Below are positions 63,775 through 64,000 of a DNA stretch of 64,000 bases, in pieces. The notes beneath the pieces are model-generated. The model was not told the DNA's origin. It did not search any database and saw only the letters and a program-made list of their open reading frames with translations. Position 1 is the first letter of the stretch. Each line of letters begins with the position of its first letter. Both the position numbers and the translations under genes were made by a program. The stretch is from Haliotis rubra (Eukaryota), in contig NW_025767457.1 in assembly GCF_003918875.1 (NCBI RefSeq), positions 496,001-560,000 on the forward strand, read 5' to 3'.

Positions 63775-64000
63775 ACAACTGTGACATTGCTGAGGGTAGT
63801 TGTTAAAACAAACAGGCAAACAAAGAAACAGATATATTTATAGTCGGAAGTGTAAATCATCTGTTAAAGCAGAACTCATCATCTGAAGTATCTGGCAAAC
63901 GTTACGCCCAGTCTGAAATAAGTTATATATTGCTGGAATAAACATTTCCCAGAAACTACGCGCGCATATCCCATATGTAATATGGTTTTGATAATACAGA

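Noticed and set aside
1-64000. A functional multi-exon RT (telomerase-like) gene assembled from the relics
   Set aside because: The same motifs recur many times, catalytic residues are mostly lost, and stops and frameshifts fall within motifs

Overview
Eukaryotic, AT-rich, repeat-rich DNA with three assembly gaps. It is most likely a gastropod mollusc (abalone-like), inferred only from the SINE/LINE-tail families. I found no host protein-coding gene. Recognisable elements: a degenerate Tx1/L1-type LINE, two copies of one Tc1 (DD34E) family, a near-intact Tc1 of a second family, mariner, piggyBac-like and Helentron-like non-autonomous elements, several SINE families (one with a 5S-derived head) and two tRNA-containing elements with Penelope-type terminal structure. 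Positions 1-8300 are an inverted duplicate of about 27833-41370, and about 42180-45900 is a more diverged direct duplicate of about 58980-63400. The main observation is that the apparently unique DNA between these insertions is not random. Translated on the + strand (- strand in the inverted arm), it repeatedly gives short matches, in the correct order, to motifs of Naiad-type Penelope-like (PLE) reverse transcriptase: VPADKA, LYWxPKLHK, FDFSTLYT, RYKYL, LIDNIYV, GIPMGTNCAP, AKSFN, RYIDD, IYPxELE, SASYLD, YDKRDDFNF, AYGVYISQL. I count roughly 30 such hyper-diverged, internally deleted, non-coding relics, all co-oriented. My hypothesis is a PLE-RT-specific small-RNA (piRNA/siRNA-type) source locus that grows by segmental duplication. 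The motif matches were made by eye against a recalled consensus and need profile-HMM confirmation.
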